A stretch of DNA of 64,000 nucleotides. It comes from Eledone cirrhosa (taxonomy: Eukaryota). Location of the stretch: NCBI GenBank assembly GCA_964016885.1, contig OZ024742.1, positions 38,874,001 through 38,938,000 of the forward strand, read 5' to 3'. The notes beneath the pieces are model-generated. The model searched no databases. It worked only from the letters and a program-made list of their open reading frames with translations, and was not told the origin of the DNA. A program made the translations under genes and the position numbers. Shown here piece by piece: positions 43,301-61,300 of the stretch (position 1 is its first letter; each line of letters opens with the position of its first letter).

Positions 43301-46300
43301 TTGCTAACAACAACCTTATTAACCATCTTGCCAACAACAACCTTATTAACCATCTTGGTAACAACAACCTTATTAACCATCTTGCCAACAACAATCTTAT
43401 TAACCATCTAGCTAACAACAACATTATTAACCATATTGCTAACAACAACATTATTAACCATCTTGGTAACAACAACCTTATTAACCATCTTGCCAACAAC
43501 AACCTTATTAACCATCTTGCTAACAACAACCTTATTAACCATATTGCTAACAACAACATTATTAACCACTTGCTAACAACAACCTTATTAACCATCTTGC
43601 CAACAACAACATTATTAACCATCTTGCTAACAACAACCTTATTAACCATCTTGCCAACAACAACCTTATTAACCATCTTGCCAACAACAGCCTTATTAAC
43701 CATCTTGCTAACAACAACCTTATTAACCATCTTGCCAACAACAACCTTATTAACCATCTTGCTAACAACAACCTTATTAACCATCTTGCCAACAACAACC
43801 TTATTAACCATCTTGCTAACAACAACCTTGTTAACCATCTTGCCAACAACAACCTTATTAACCATCTTGCCAACAACAACCTTATTAACCATCTTGCCAA
43901 CAACAACCTTATTAACCATCTTGCTAACAACAACCTTATTAACCATCTTGCCAACAGCAATCTTATTACCCATCTTGCCAACAACAACCTTATTAACCAT
44001 CTTGCTAACAACAACCTTATTAACCATCTTGCAAACAACAACCTTATTAACCATCTTGCCAACAACAACCTTATTAACCATCTTGCTAACAACAACCTTA
44101 TTAACCATCTTGCTAACAACAACATTATTAACCATCTTGCTAACAACAACCTTATTAAACATCTTGCCAACAACAACCTTATTAACCATCTTGCCAACAA
44201 CAACCTTATTAACAATCTTGCTAACAACAACCTTATTAACCATCTTGCTAATAACAACCTTATTAACCATCTTGCCAACAACAACCTTACTAACCATCTT
44301 GCTAACAACAAACTTATTAACCATCTTGCAACAACAACCTTATTAACCATCTTGCCAACAACAACCTTATTAACCATCTTGCCAACAACAATCTTATTAA
44401 CCATCTAGCTAACAACAACATTATTAACCATCTTGCCAACAACAACCTTATTAACCATCTTGCTAACAACAACCTTATTAACCATCTTGCCCACAACAAC
44501 CTTATTAACCATCTTGCCAACAACAACCTTATTTACCATCTTGCTAACAACAACCTTATTAACCATCTTGCTAACAACAACCTTATTAACCATCTTGCTA
44601 ACCACAACCTTATTAACCATCTTGGCAACAACAACTTATTAACCATCTTGACAACAACAACCTTATTAACCATCTTGCTAACAACAACCTTATTAACCAT
44701 CTTGAAAACAACAACCTTATTAACCATCTTGCTAACAACAACCTTATTAACCATATTGCTAACAACAACATTATTAACCATCTTGCTAACAACAACCTTA
44801 TTAACCATCTTGCCAACAACAACCTTATTAACCATCTTGGTAACAACAACCTTATTAACCATCTTGCCAACAACAATCTTATTAACCATCTAGCTAACAA
44901 CAACATTATTAACCATATTGCTAACAACAACATTATTAACCATCTTGGTAACAACAACCTTATTAACCATCTTGCCAACAACAACCTTATTAACCATCTT
45001 GCTAACAACAACCTTATTAACCATATTGCTAACAACAACATTATTAACCATCTTGCTAACAACAACCTTATTAACCATCTTGCCAACAACAACATTATTA
45101 ACCATCTTGCTAACAACAACCTTATTAACCATCTTGCCAACAACAACCTTATTAACCATCTTGCCAACAACAGCCTTATTAACCATCTTGCTAACAACAA
45201 CCTTATTAACCATCTTGCCAACAACAACCTTATTAACCATCTTGCTAACAACAACCTTATTAACCATCTTGCCAACAACAACCTTATTAACCATCTTGCT
45301 AACAACAACCTTATTAACCATCTTGCCAACAACAACGTTATTAACCATCTTGCTAACAACAACCTTATTAACCATCTTTCTAACAACAACTTTATTAACC
45401 ATCTTGCCAACAACAACCTTATTAACCATCTTGCTAACAACAACCTTATTAACCATCTTGCCAACAACAACCTTATTAACCATCTTGCTAACAACAACCT
45501 TATTAACCATCTTGCTAACAACAACCTTATTAACCATCTTGCCAACAACAACCTTATTAACCATCTTGCCAACAACAACCTTATTAACCATCTTGCCAAC
45601 AACAACCTTATTAACCATCTTGCCAACAACAACCTTATTAACCATCTTGCCAACAACAACCTTATTAACCATCTTGCTAACAACAACATTATTAACCATC
45701 TTGCCAACAACAACCTTATTAACCATTTTTCTAACAACAACTTTATTAACCATCTTGCCAACAACAACCTTATTAACCATCTTGCTAACAACAACCTTAT
45801 TAACCATCTTGCCAACAACAACCTTATTAACTATCTTGCTAACAACAACCTTATTAACCATCTTGCCAACAACAGCCTTATTAACCATCTTGCTAACAAC
45901 AACCTTATTAACCATCTTGCCAACAACAACCTTATTAACCATCTTTCTAACAACAACTTTATTTACCATCTTGCTAACAACAACCTTATTAACCATCTTG
46001 CCAACAACAACCTTATTAACCATCTTGCTAACTACAACCTTATTAACCATCTTGCCAACAACAGCCTTATTAACCATCTTGCTAACAACAACGTTATTAA
46101 CCATCTTGCTAACAACAACCTTATTAACCATCTTGCCAACAACAAACTTATTAACCATCTTGCTAACAACAACCTTATTAACCATCTTTCTAACAACAAC
46201 TTTATTAACCATCTTGCCAACAACAACCTTATTAACCATCTTGCTAACAACAACCTTATTAACCATCTTGCCAACAACAACCTTATTAACCATCTTGCTA

Positions 46301-49300
46301 ACAACAACCTTATTAACCATCTTTCTAACAACAACTTTATTAACCATCTTGCCTACAACAACATTATTAACCATCTTGCTAACAACAACCTTATTAACCA
46401 TCTTGCCAACAACAACCTTATTAACCATCTTGCTAACAACAACCTTATTAACCATCTTGCTAACAACAACCTTATTAACCATCTTGCCAACAACAACCTT
46501 ATTAACCATCTTGCCAACAACAACCTTATTAACCATCTTGACAACAAAAACCTTATTAACCATCTTGACAACAACAACCTTATTAACCATCTTGACAACA
46601 ACAAACTTATTAACCATCTTGCCTACAACAACCTTATTAACCATCTTGCTAACAACAACCTTATTAACCATCTCGCTAACAACAACTTCATTAACCATCT
46701 TGACAACAACAACCTTATTAACCATCTTGCCTACAACAACCTTATTAACCATCTTGCTAACAACAACCTTATTAACCAACTTGCCAACAACAGCCTTATT
46801 AACCATCTTGCTAACAACAACCTTATTAACCATCTTGCCAACAACAACCTTATTAACCATCTTGACAACAACAACCTTATTAACCATCTTGATAACAACA
46901 ACCTTATTAACCATCTTTCTAACAACAACTTTATTAACCATCTTGCTAACAACAACCTTATTAACCATCTTGCCAACAACAACCTTATTAACCATCTTGC
47001 CAACAACAACCTTATTAACCATCTTGACAACAACAACCTTATTAACCATCTTTCTAACAACAACATTATTAACCATCTTGCTAACAACAACCTTATTAAC
47101 CATCTTGCCAACAACAACCTTATTAACCATCTTCCCCAAAACAACCTTATTAACCATCTTGCTAACAACAACCTTATTAACCATCTTGCCAACAACAACC
47201 TTATTAACCATCTTGCTAACAACAACCTTATTAACCATCTTGCCAACAACAACCTTATTAACCATCTTGCTAACAACAACCTTATTAACCATCTTACCAA
47301 CAACAACATTATTAACCATCTTGACAACAACAAACTTATTAACCACTTGCTAACAACAACCTTATTAACCATCTTGCTAACAACAAAATTATTAACCATC
47401 TTGCCAACAACAACCTTATTAACCATCTTGCCAACAACAACCTTATTAACCATCTTGCCAACAACAACCTTATTAACCATCTTGCTAACAACAACATTAT
47501 TAACCATCTTGCCAACAACAACCTTATTAACCATCTTGCTAACAACAACCTTATTAACCATCTTGCTAACAACAACCTTATTAACCATCTTGCCAACAAC
47601 AATCTTATTAACCATCTTGCCAACAACAACCTTATTAACCATCTTGCCAACAACAACCTTATTAACCATCTTGCTAACAACAACCTTATTAACCATCTTG
47701 CCAACAACAACCTTATTAACCATCTTGCCAACAATAACCTTATTAACCATCTTGCTAACAACAACCTTATTAACTATCTTGCCAACAACAGCCTTATTAA
47801 CCATCTTGCCAACAACAGCCTTATTAACCATCTTGCTAACAACAACCTTATTAACTATCTTGCCAACAACAACCTTATTAACCATCTTGCCAACAACAAC
47901 CTTATTAACCATCTTGCTAACAACAACCTTATTAACCATCTTTCTAACAACAACTTTATTAACCATCTTGCCAACAACAACATTATTAACCATCTTGCTA
48001 ACAACAACCTTATTAACCATCTTGCCAACAACAACCTTATTAACCATCTTGCTAACAACAACCTTGTTAACCATCTTGCCAACAACAACCTTATTAACCA
48101 TCTTGCCAACAACAACCTTATTAACCATCTTGCCAACAACAACCTTATTAACCATCTTGCTAACAACCTTATTAAACATCTTGCCAACAACAACCTTATT
48201 AACCATCTTGCTAACAACAACCTTATTAACCATCTTGCAAACAACAACTTTATTAACCAACTTGCCAACAACAACCTTATTAACCATCTTGCTAACAACA
48301 ACCTTATTAACCATCTTGCTAACAACAACATTATTAACCATCTTGCTAACAACAACCTTATTAACCATCTTGCCAACAACAACCATATTAACCATCTTGC
48401 CAACAACAACCTTATTAACAATCTTGCTAACAACAACCTTATTAACCATCTTGCTAATAACAACCTTATTAACCATCTTGCCAACAACAACCTTATTAAC
48501 CATCTTGCTAACAACAAACTTATTAACCATCTTGCAACAACAACCTTATTAAACATCTTGCCAACAACAACCTTATTAACCATCTTGCCAACAACAATCT
48601 TATTAACCATCTAGCTAACAACAACATTATTAACCATCTTGCCAACAACAACCTTATTAACCATCTTGCTAACAACAACCTTATTAACCATCTTGCCCAC
48701 AACAACCTTATTAACCATCTTGCCAACAACAACCTTATTTACCATCTTGCTAACAACAACCTTATTAACCATCTTGCCAACAACAACCTTATTAACCATC
48801 TTGCTAACAACAACCTTATTAACCATCTTGGCAACAACAACTTATTAACCATCTTGACAACAACAACCTTATTAACCATCTTGCTAACAACAACCTTATT
48901 AACCATCTTGAAAACAACAACCTTATTAACCATCTTGCTAACAACAACCTTATTAACCATATTGCTAACAACAACATTATTAACCATCTTGCTAACAACA
49001 ACCTTATTAACCATCTTGCCAACAACAACCTTATTAACCATCTTGGTAACAACAACCTTATTAACCATCTTGCCAACAACAATCTTATTAACCATCTAGC
49101 TAACAACAACATTATTAACCATATTGCTAACAACAACATTATTAACCATCTTGGTAACAACAACCTTATTAACCATCTTGCCAACAACAATCTTATTAAC
49201 CATCTTGCTAACAACAACCTTATTAACCATATTGCTAACAACAACATTATTAACCATCTTGCTAACAACAACCTTATTAACCATCTTGCCAACAACAACA

Positions 49301-52300
49301 TTATTAACCATCTTGCTAACAACAACCTTATTAACCATCTTGCCAACAACAGCCTTATTAACCATCTTGCTAACAACAACCTTATTAACCATCTTGCCAA
49401 CAACAACCTTATTAACCATCTTGCTAACAACAACCTTATTAACCATCTTGCCAACAACAACCTTATTAACCATCTTGCTAACAACAACCTTATTAACCAT
49501 CTTGCCAACAACAACCTTATTAACCATCTTGCTAACAACAACCTTATTAACCATCTTTCTAACAACAACTTTATTAACCATCTTGCCAACAACAACTTTA
49601 TTAACCATCTTGCTAACAACAACCTTATTAACCATCTTGCCAACAACAAACTTATTAACCATCTTGCTAACAACAACCTTATTAACCATCTTGCTAACAA
49701 CAACCTTATTAACCATCTTGCCAACAACAACCTTATTAACCATCTTGCCAACAACAACCTTATTAACCATCTTGACAACAAAAACCTTATTAACCATCTT
49801 GACAACAACAACCTTATTAACCATCTTGACAACAACAACCTTATTAACCATCTTGCCTACAACAACCTTATTAACCATCTTGCTAACAACAACCTTATTA
49901 ACCATCTTGCTAACAACAACCTTATTAACCATCTTGACAACAACAACCTTATTAACCATCTTGCCTACAACAACCTTATTAACCATCTTGCTAACAACAA
50001 CCTTATTAACCATCTTGCCAACAACAGCCTTATTAACCATCTTGCTAACAACAACCTTATTAACCATCTTGCCAACAACAACCTTATTAACCATCTTGAC
50101 AACAACAACCTTATTAACCATCTTGCTAACAACAACCTTATTAACCATCTTTCTAACAACAACTTTATTAACCATCTTGCTAACAACAACCTTATTAACC
50201 ATCTTGCCAACAACAACCTTATTAACCATCTTGCCAACAACAACCTTATTAACCATCTTGACAACAACAACCTTATTAACCATCTTTCTAACAACAACAT
50301 TATTAACCATCTTGCTAACAACAACCTTATTAACCATCTTGCTAATAACAACCTTATTAACCATCTTGCCAACAACAACCTTATTAACCATCTTGCTAAC
50401 AACAACCTTATTAACCATCTTGCCAACAACAACCTTATTAACCATCTTGCTAACAACAACCTTATTAACCATCTTGCCAACAACAACCTTATTAACCATC
50501 TTGCTAACAACAACCTTATTAACCATCTTGCCAACAACAACATTATTAACCATCTTGACAACAACAAACTTATTAACCACTTGCTAACAACAACCTTATT
50601 AACCATCTTGCTAACAACAAAATTATTAACCATCTTGCCAACAACAACCTTATTAACCATCTTGCCAACAACAACCTTATTAACCATCTTGCCAACAACA
50701 ACCTTATTAACCATCTTGCTAACAACAACATTACTAACCATCTTGCCAACAACAACCTTATTAACCATCTTGCTAACAACAACCTTATTAACCATCTTGC
50801 TAACAACAACCTTATTAACCATCTTGCCAACAACAACCTTATTAACCATCTTGCCAACAACAACCTTATTAACCATCTTGCCAACAACAACCTTATTAAC
50901 CATCTTGCTAACAACAACCTTATTAACCATCTTGCCAACAACAACCTTATTAACCATCTTGCCAACAACAACCTTATTAACCATCTTGCTAACAACAACC
51001 TTATTAACTATCTTGCCAACAACAACCTTATTAACCATCTTGCCAACAACAGCCTTATTAACCATCTTGCTAACAACAACCTTATTAACTATCTGGCCAA
51101 CAACAACCTTATTAACCATCTTGCCAACAACAACCTTATTAACCATCTTGCTAACAACAACCTTATTAACCATCTTTCTAACAACAACCTTATTAACCAT
51201 CTTGCCAACAACAACCTTATTAACCATCTTGCTAACAACAACCTTATTAACCATCTTGCTAACAACAACCTTATTAACCATCTTGCTAACAACAACCTTG
51301 TTAACCATCTTGCCAACAACAACCTTATTAACCATCTTGCCAACAACAACCTTATTAACCATCTTGCCAACAACAACCTTATTAACCATCTTGCTAACAA
51401 CAACCTTATTAACCATCTTGCCAACAGCAATCTTATTACCCATCTTGCCAACAACAACCTTATTAACCATCTTGCTAACAACAACCTTATTAACCATCTT
51501 GCAAACAACAACCTTATTAACCATCTTGCCAACAACAACCTTATTAACCATCTTGCTAACAACAACCTTATTAACCATCTTGCTAACAACAACATTATTA
51601 ACCATCTTGCTAACAACAACCTTATTAACCATCTTGCCAACAACAACCTTATTAACCATCTTGCCAACAACAACCTTATTAACAATCTTGCTAACAACAA
51701 CCTTATTAACCATCTTGCTAATAACAACCTTATTAACCATCTTGCCAACAACAACCTTATTAACCATCTTGCTAACAACAACATTATTAACCATCTTGCT
51801 AACAACAACCTTATTAACCATCTTGCAACAACAACCTTATTAACCATCTTGCCAACAACAACCTTATTAACCATCTTGCCAACAACAATCTTATTAACCA
51901 TCTAGCTAACAACAATATTATTAACTATCTTGCCAACAACAACCTTATTAACCATCTTGCTAACAACAACCTTATTAACCATCTTGCCCACAACAACCTT
52001 ATTAACCATCTTGCCAACAACAACCTTATTTACCATCTTGCTAACAACAACCTTATTAACCATCTTGCCAACAACAACCTTATTAACCATCTTGCTAACA
52101 ACAACCTTATTAACCATCTTGCCAACAACAAACTTATTAACCATCTTGCTAACAACAACCTTATTAACCATCTTGCTAACAACAACCTTATTAACCATCT
52201 TGCCAACAACAACCTTATTAACCATCTTGCCAACAACAACCTTATTAACCATCTTGACAACAAAAACCTTATTAACCATCTTGACAACAACAACCTTATT

Positions 52301-55300
52301 AACCATCTTGACAACAACAACCTTATTAACCATCTTGCCTACAACAACCTTATTAACCATCTTGCTAACAACAACCTTATTAACCATCTTGCTAACAACA
52401 ACCTTATTAACCATCTTGACAACAACAACCTTATTAACCATCTTGCCTACAACAACCTTATTAACCATCTTGCTAACAACAACCTTATTAACCATCTTGC
52501 CAACAACAGCCTTATTAACCATCTTGCTAACAACAACCTTATTAACCATCTTGCCAACAACAACCTTATTAACCATCTTGACAACAACAACCTTATTAAC
52601 CATCTTGCTAACAACAACCTTATTAACCATCTTTCTAACAACAACTTTATTAACCATCTTGCTAACAACAACCTTATTAACCATCTTGCCAACAACAACC
52701 TTATTAACCATCTTGCCAACAACAACCTTATTAACCATCTTGACAACAACAACCTTATTAACCATCTTTCTAACAACAACATTATTAACCATCTTGCTAA
52801 CAACAACCTTATTAACCATCTTGCCACCAACAACCTTATTAACCATCTTCCCAAAAACAACCTTATTAACCATCTTGCTAACAACAACCTTATTAACCAT
52901 CTTGCCAACAACAACCTTATTAACCATCTTGCTAACAACAACCTTATTAACCATCTTGCCAACAACAACCTTATTAACCATCTTGCTAACAACAACCTTA
53001 TTAACCATCTTGCCAACAACAACATTATTAACCATCTTGACAACAACAAACTTATTAACCACTTGCTAACAACAACCTTATTAACCATCTTGCTAACAAC
53101 AAAATTATTAACCATCTTGCCAACAACAACCTTATTAACCATCTTGCCAACAACAACCTTATTAACCATCTTGCCAACAACAACCTTATTAACCATCTTG
53201 CTAACAACAACATTACTAACCATCTTGCCAACAACAACCTTATTAACCATCTTGCTAACAACAACCTTATTAACCATCTTGCTAACAACAACCTTATTAA
53301 CCATCTTGCCAACAACAACCTTATTAACCATCTTGCCAACAACAACCTTATTAACCATCTTGCCAACAACAACCTTATTAACCATCTTGCTAACAACAAC
53401 CTTATTAACCATCTTGCCAACAACAACCTTATTAACCATCTTGCCAACAACAACCTTATTAACCATCTTGCTAACAACAACCTTATTAACTATCTTGCCA
53501 ACAACAACCTTATTAACCATCTTGCCAACAACAGCCTTATTAACCATCTTGCTAACAACAACCTTATTAACTATCTGGCCAACAACAACCTTATTAACCA
53601 TCTTGCCAACAACAACCTTATTAACCATCTTGCTAACAACAACCTTATTAACCATCTTTCTAACAACAACCTTATTAACCATCTTGCCAACAACAACCTT
53701 ATTAACCATCTTGCTAACAACAACCTTATTAACCATCTTGCTAACAACAACCTTATTAACCATCTTGCTAACAACAACCTTGTTAACCATCTTGCCAACA
53801 ACAACCTTATTAACCATCTTGCCAACAACAACCTTATTAACCATCTTGCCAACAACAACCTTATTAACCATCTTGCTAACAACAACCTTATTAACCATCT
53901 TGCCAACAGCAATCTTATTACCCATCTTGCCAACAACAACCTTATTAACCATCTTGCTAACAACAACCTTATTAACCATCTTGCAAACAACAACCTTATT
54001 AACCATCTTGCCAACAACAACCTTATTAACCATCTTGCTAACAACAACCTTATTAACCATCTTGCTAACAACAACATTATTAACCATCTTGCTAACAACA
54101 ACCTTATTAACCATCTTGCCAACAACAACCTTATTAACCATCTTGCCAACAACAACCTTATTAACAATCTTGCTAACAACAACCTTATTAACCATCTTGC
54201 TAATAACAACCTTATTAACCATCTTGCCAACAACAACCTTATTAACCATCTTGCTAACAACAAACTTATTAACCATCTTGCAACAACAACCTTATTAACC
54301 ATCTTGCCAACAACAACCTTATTAACCATCTTGCCAACAACAATCTTATTAACCATCTAGCTAACAACAATATTATTAACTATCTTGCCAACAACAACCT
54401 TATTAACCATCTTGCTAACAACAACCTTATTAACCATCTTGCCCACAACAACCTTATTAACCATCTTGCCAACAACAACCTTATTTACCATCTTGCTAAC
54501 AACAACCTTATTAACCATCTTGCCAACAACAACCTTATTAACCATCTTGCTAACAACAACCTTATTAACCATCTTGGCAACAACAACTTATTAACCATCT
54601 TGACAACAACAACCTTATTAACCATCTTGCTAACAACAAGCTTATTAACCATCTTGAAAACAACAACCTTATTAACCATCTTGCTAACAACAACCTTATT
54701 AACCATATTGCTAACAACAACATTATTAACCATCTTGCTAACAACAACCTTATTAACCATCTTGCCAACAACAACCTTATTAACCATCTTGGTAACAACA
54801 ACCTTATTAACCATCTTGCCAACAACAATCTTATTAACCATCTAGCTAACAACAACATTATTAACCATATTGCTAACAACAACATTATTAACCATCTTGG
54901 TAACAACAACCTTATTAACCATCTTGCCAACAACAACCTTATTAACCATCTTGCTAACAACAACCTTATTAACCATATTGCTAACAACAACATTATTAAC
55001 CATCTTGCCAACAACAACCTTATTAACCATCTTGCTAACAACAACCTTATTAACCATCTTGCCAACAACAACCTTATTAACCATCTTGCTAACAACAACC
55101 TTATTAACCATCTTTCTAACAACAACTTTATTAACCATCTTGCCAACAACAACTTTATTAACCATCTTGCTAACAACAACCTTATTAACCATCTTGCCAA
55201 CAACAAACTTATTAACCATCTTGCTAACAACAACCTTATTAACCATCTTGCTAACAACAACCTTATTAACCATCTTGCCAACAACAACCTTATTAACCAT

Positions 55301-58300
55301 CTTGCCAACAACAACCTTATTAACCATCTTGACAACAAAAACCTTATTAACCATCTTGACAACAACAACCTTATTAACCATCTTGACAACAACAACCTTA
55401 TTAACCATCTTGCCTACAACAACCTTATTAACCATCTTGCTAACAACAACCTTATTAACCATCTTGCTAACAACAACCTTATTAACCATCTTGACAACAA
55501 CAACCTTATTAACCATCTTGCCTACAACAACCTTATTAACCATCTTGCTAACAACAACCTTATTAACCATCTTGCCAACAACAGCCTTATTAACCATCTT
55601 GCTAACAACAACCTTATTAACCATCTTGCCAACAACAACCTTATTAACCATCTTGACAACAACAACCTTATTAACCATCTTGCTAACAACAACCTTATTA
55701 ACCATCTTTCTAACAACAACTTTATTAACCATCTTGCTAACAACAACCTTATTAACCATCTTGCCAACAACAACCTTATTAACCATCTTGCCAACAACAA
55801 CCTTATTAACCATCTTGACAACAACAACCTTATTAACCATCTTTCTAACAACAACATTATTAACCATCTTGCTAACAACAACCTTATTAACCATCTTGCC
55901 ACCAACAACCTTATTAACCATCTTCCCCAAAACAACCTTATTAACCATCTTGCTAACAACAACCTTATTAACCATCTTGCCAACAACAACCTTATTAACC
56001 ATCTTGCTAACAACAACATTACTAACCATCTTGCCAACAACAACCTTATTAACCATCTTGCTAACAACAACCTTATTAACCATCTTGCTAACAACAACCT
56101 TATTAACCATCTTGCCAACAACAACCTTATTAACCATCTTGCCAACAACAACCTTATTAACCATCTTGCCAACAACAACCTTATTAACCATCTTGCTAAC
56201 AACAACCTTATTAACCATCTTGCCAACAACAACCTTATTAACCATCTTGCCAACAACAACCTTATTAACCATCTTGCTAACAACAACCTTATTAACTATC
56301 TTGCCAACAACAACCTTATTAACCATCTTGCCAACAACAGCCTTATTAACCATCTTGCTAACAACAACCTTATTAACTATCTGGCCAACAACAACCTTAT
56401 TAACCATCTTGCCAACAACAACCTTATTAACCATCTTGCTAACAACAACCTTATTAACCATCTTTCTAACAACAACCTTATTAACCATCTTGCCAACAAC
56501 AACCTTATTAACCATCTTGCTAACAACAACCTTATTAACCATCTTGCTAACAACAACCTTATTAACCATCTTGCTAACAACAACCTTGTTAACCATCTTG
56601 CCAACAACAACCTTATTAACCATCTTGCCAACAACAACCTTATTAACCATCTTGCCAACAACAACCTTATTAACCATCTTGCTAACAACAACCTTATTAA
56701 CCATCTTGCCAACAGCAATCTTATTACCCATCTTGCCAACAACAACCTTATTAACCATCTTGCTAACAACAACCTTATTAACCATCTTGCAAACAACAAC
56801 CTTATTAACCATCTTGCCAACAACAACCTTATTAACCATCTTGCTAACAACAACCTTATTAACCATCTTGCTAACAACAACATTATTAACCATCTTGCTA
56901 ACAACAACCTTATTAACCATCTTGCCAACAACAACCTTATTAACCATCTTGCCAACAACAACCTTATTAACAATCTTGCTAACAACAACCTTATTAACCA
57001 TCTTGCTAATAACAACCTTATTAACCATCTTGCCAACAACAACCTTATTAACCATCTTGCTAACAACAAACTTATTAACCATCTTGCAACAACAACCTTA
57101 TTAACCATCTTGCCAACAACAACCTTATTAACCATCTTGCCAACAACAATCTTATTAACCATCTAGCTAACAACAATATTATTAACTATCTTGCCAACAA
57201 CAACCTTATTAACCATCTTGCTAACAACAACCTTATTAACCATCTTGCCCACAACAACCTTATTAACCATCTTGCCAACAACAACCTTATTTACCATCTT
57301 GCTAACAACAACCTTATTAACCATCTTGCCAACAACAACCTTATTAACCATCTTGCTAACAACAACCTTATTAACCATCTTGGCAACAACAACTTATTAA
57401 CCATCTTGACAACAACAACCTTATTAACCATCTTGCTAACAACAAGCTTATTAACCATCTTGAAAACAACAACCTTATTAACCATCTTGCTAACAACAAC
57501 CTTATTAACCATCTTGGTAACAACAACCTTATTAACCATCTTGCCAACAACAATCTTATTAACCATCTAGCTAACAACAACATTATTAACCATATTGCTA
57601 ACAACAACATTATTAACCATCTTGGTAACAACAACCTTATTAACCATCTTGCCAACAACAACCTTATTAACCATCTTGCTAACAACAACCTTATTAACCA
57701 TATTGCTAACAACAACATTATTAACCATCTTGCCAACAACAACCTTATTAACCATCTTGCTAACAACAACCTTATTAACCATCTTGCCAACAACAACCTT
57801 ATTAACCATCTTGCTAACAACAACCTTATTAACCATCTTTCTAACAACAACTTTATTAACCATCTTGCCAACAACAACTTTATTAACCATCTTGCTAACA
57901 ACAACCTTATTAACCATCTTGCCAACAACAACCTTATTAACCATCTTGCCAACAACAACCTTATTAACCATCTTGCCAACAACAACCTTATTAACCATCT
58001 TGCTAACAACAACCTTATTAACCATCTTGCCAACAACAACCTTATTAACCATCTTGCCAACAACAACCTTATTAACCATCTTGCTAACAACAACCTTATT
58101 AACTATCTTGCCAACAACAACCTTATTAACCATCTTGCCAACAACAGCCTTATTAACCATCTTGCTAACAACAACCTTATTAACTATCTGGCCAACAACA
58201 ACCTTATTAACCATCTTGCCAACAACAACCTTATTAACCATCTTGCTAACAACAACCTTATTAACCATCTTTCTAACAACAACCTTATTAACCATCTTGC

Positions 58301-61300
58301 CAACAACAACCTTATTAACCATCTTGCTAACAACAACCTTATTAACCATCTTGCTAACAACAACCTTATTAACCATCTTGCTAACAACAACCTTGTTAAC
58401 CATCTTGCCAACAACAACCTTATTAACCATCTTGCCAACAACAACCTTATTAACCATCTTGCCAACAACAACCTTATTAACCATCTTGCTAACAACAACC
58501 TTATTAACCATCTTGCCAACAGCAATCTTATTACCCATCTTGCCAACAACAACCTTATTAACCATCTTGCTAACAACAACCTTATTAACCATCTTGCAAA
58601 CAACAACCTTATTAACCATCTTGCCAACAACAACCTTATTAACCATCTTGCTAACAACAACCTTATTAACCATCTTGCTAACAACAACATTATTAACCAT
58701 CTTGCTAACAACAACCTTATTAACCATCTTGCCAACAACAACCTTATTAACCATCTTGCCAACAACAACCTTATTAACAATCTTGCTAACAACAACCTTA
58801 TTAACCATCTTGCTAATAACAACCTTATTAACCATCTTGCCAACAACAACCTTATTAACCATCTTGCTAACAACAACATTATTAACCATCTTGCTAACAA
58901 CAACCTTATTAACCATCTTGCAACAACAACCTTATTAACCATCTTGCCAACAACAACCTTATTAACCATCTTGCCAACAACAATCTTATTAACCATCTAG
59001 CTAACAACAATATTATTAACTATCTTGCCAACAACAACCTTATTAACCATCTTGCTAACAACAACCTTATTAACCATCTTGCCCACAACAACCTTATTAA
59101 CCATCTTGCCAACAACAACCTTATTTACCATCTTGCTAACAACAACCTTATTAACCATCTTGCCAACAACAACCTTATTAACCATCTTGCTAACAACAAC
59201 CTTATTAACCATCTTGCCAACAACAAACTTATTAACCATCTTGCTAACAACAACCTTATTAACCATCTTGCTAACAACAACCTTATTAACCATCTTGCCA
59301 ACAACAACCTTATTAACCATCTTGCCAACAACAACCTTATTAACCATCTTGACAACAAAAACCTTATTAACCATCTTGACAACAACAACCTTATTAACCA
59401 TCTTGACAACAACAACCTTATTAACCATCTTGCCTACAACAACCTTATTAACCATCTTGCTAACAACAACCTTATTAACCATCTTGCTAACAACAACCTT
59501 ATTAACCATCTTGACAACAACAACCTTATTAACCATCTTGCCTACAACAACCTTATTAACCATCTTGCTAACAACAACCTTATTAACCATCTTGCCAACA
59601 ACAGCCTTATTAACCATCTTGCTAACAACAACCTTATTAACCATCTTGCCAACAACAACCTTATTAACCATCTTGACAACAACAACCTTATTAACCATCT
59701 TGCTAACAACAACCTTATTAACCATCTTTCTAACAACAACTTTATTAACCATCTTGCTAACAACAACCTTATTAACCATCTTGCCAACAACAACCTTATT
59801 AACCATCTTGCCAACAACAACCTTATTAACCATCTTGACAACAACAACCTTATTAACCATCTTTCTAACAACAACATTATTAACCATCTTGCTAACAACA
59901 ACCTTATTAACCATCTTGCCACCAACAACCTTATTAACCATCTTCCCAAAAACAACCTTATTAACCATCTTGCTAACAACAACCTTATTAACCATCTTGC
60001 CAACAACAACCTTATTAACCATCTTGCTAACAACAACCTTATTAACCATCTTGCCAACAACAACCTTATTAACCATCTTGCTAACAACAACCTTATTAAC
60101 CATCTTGCCAACAACAACATTATTAACCATCTTGACAACAACAAACTTATTAACCACTTGCTAACAACAACCTTATTAACCATCTTGCTAACAACAAAAT
60201 TATTAACCATCTTGCCAACAACAACCTTATTAACCATCTTGCCAACAACAACCTTATTAACCATCTTGCCAACAACAACCTTATTAACCATCTTGCTAAC
60301 AACAACATTACTAACCATCTTGCCAACAACAACCTTATTAACCATCTTGCTAACAACAACCTTATTAACCATCTTGCTAACAACAACCTTATTAACCATC
60401 TTGCCAACAACAACCTTATTAACCATCTTGCCAACAACAACCTTATTAACCATCTTGCCAACAACAACCTTATTAACCATCTTGCTAACAACAACCTTAT
60501 TAACCATCTTGCCAACAACAACCTTATTAACCATCTTGCCAACAACAACCTTATTAACCATCTTGCTAACAACAACCTTATTAACTATCTTGCCAACAAC
60601 AACCTTATTAACCATCTTGCCAACAACAGCCTTATTAACCATCTTGCTAACAACAACCTTATTAACTATCTGGCCAACAACAACCTTATTAACCATCTTG
60701 CCAACAACAACCTTATTAACCATCTTGCTAACAACAACCTTATTAACCATCTTTCTAACAACAACCTTATTAACCATCTTGCCAACAACAACCTTATTAA
60801 CCATCTTGCTAACAACAACCTTATTAACCATCTTGCTAACAACAACCTTATTAACCATCTTGCTAACAACAACCTTGTTAACCATCTTGCCAACAACAAC
60901 CTTATTAACCATCTTGCCAACAACAACCTTATTAACCATCTTGCCAACAACAACCTTATTAACCATCTTGCTAACAACAACCTTATTAACCATCTTGCCA
61001 ACAGCAATCTTATTACCCATCTTGCCAACAACAACCTTATTAACCATCTTGCTAACAACAACCTTATTAACCATCTTGCAAACAACAACCTTATTAACCA
61101 TCTTGCCAACAACAACCTTATTAACCATCTTGCTAACAACAACCTTATTAACCATCTTGCTAACAACAACATTATTAACCATCTTGCTAACAACAACCTT
61201 ATTAACCATCTTGCCAACAACAACCTTATTAACCATCTTGCCAACAACAACCTTATTAACAATCTTGCTAACAACAACCTTATTAACCATCTTGCTAATA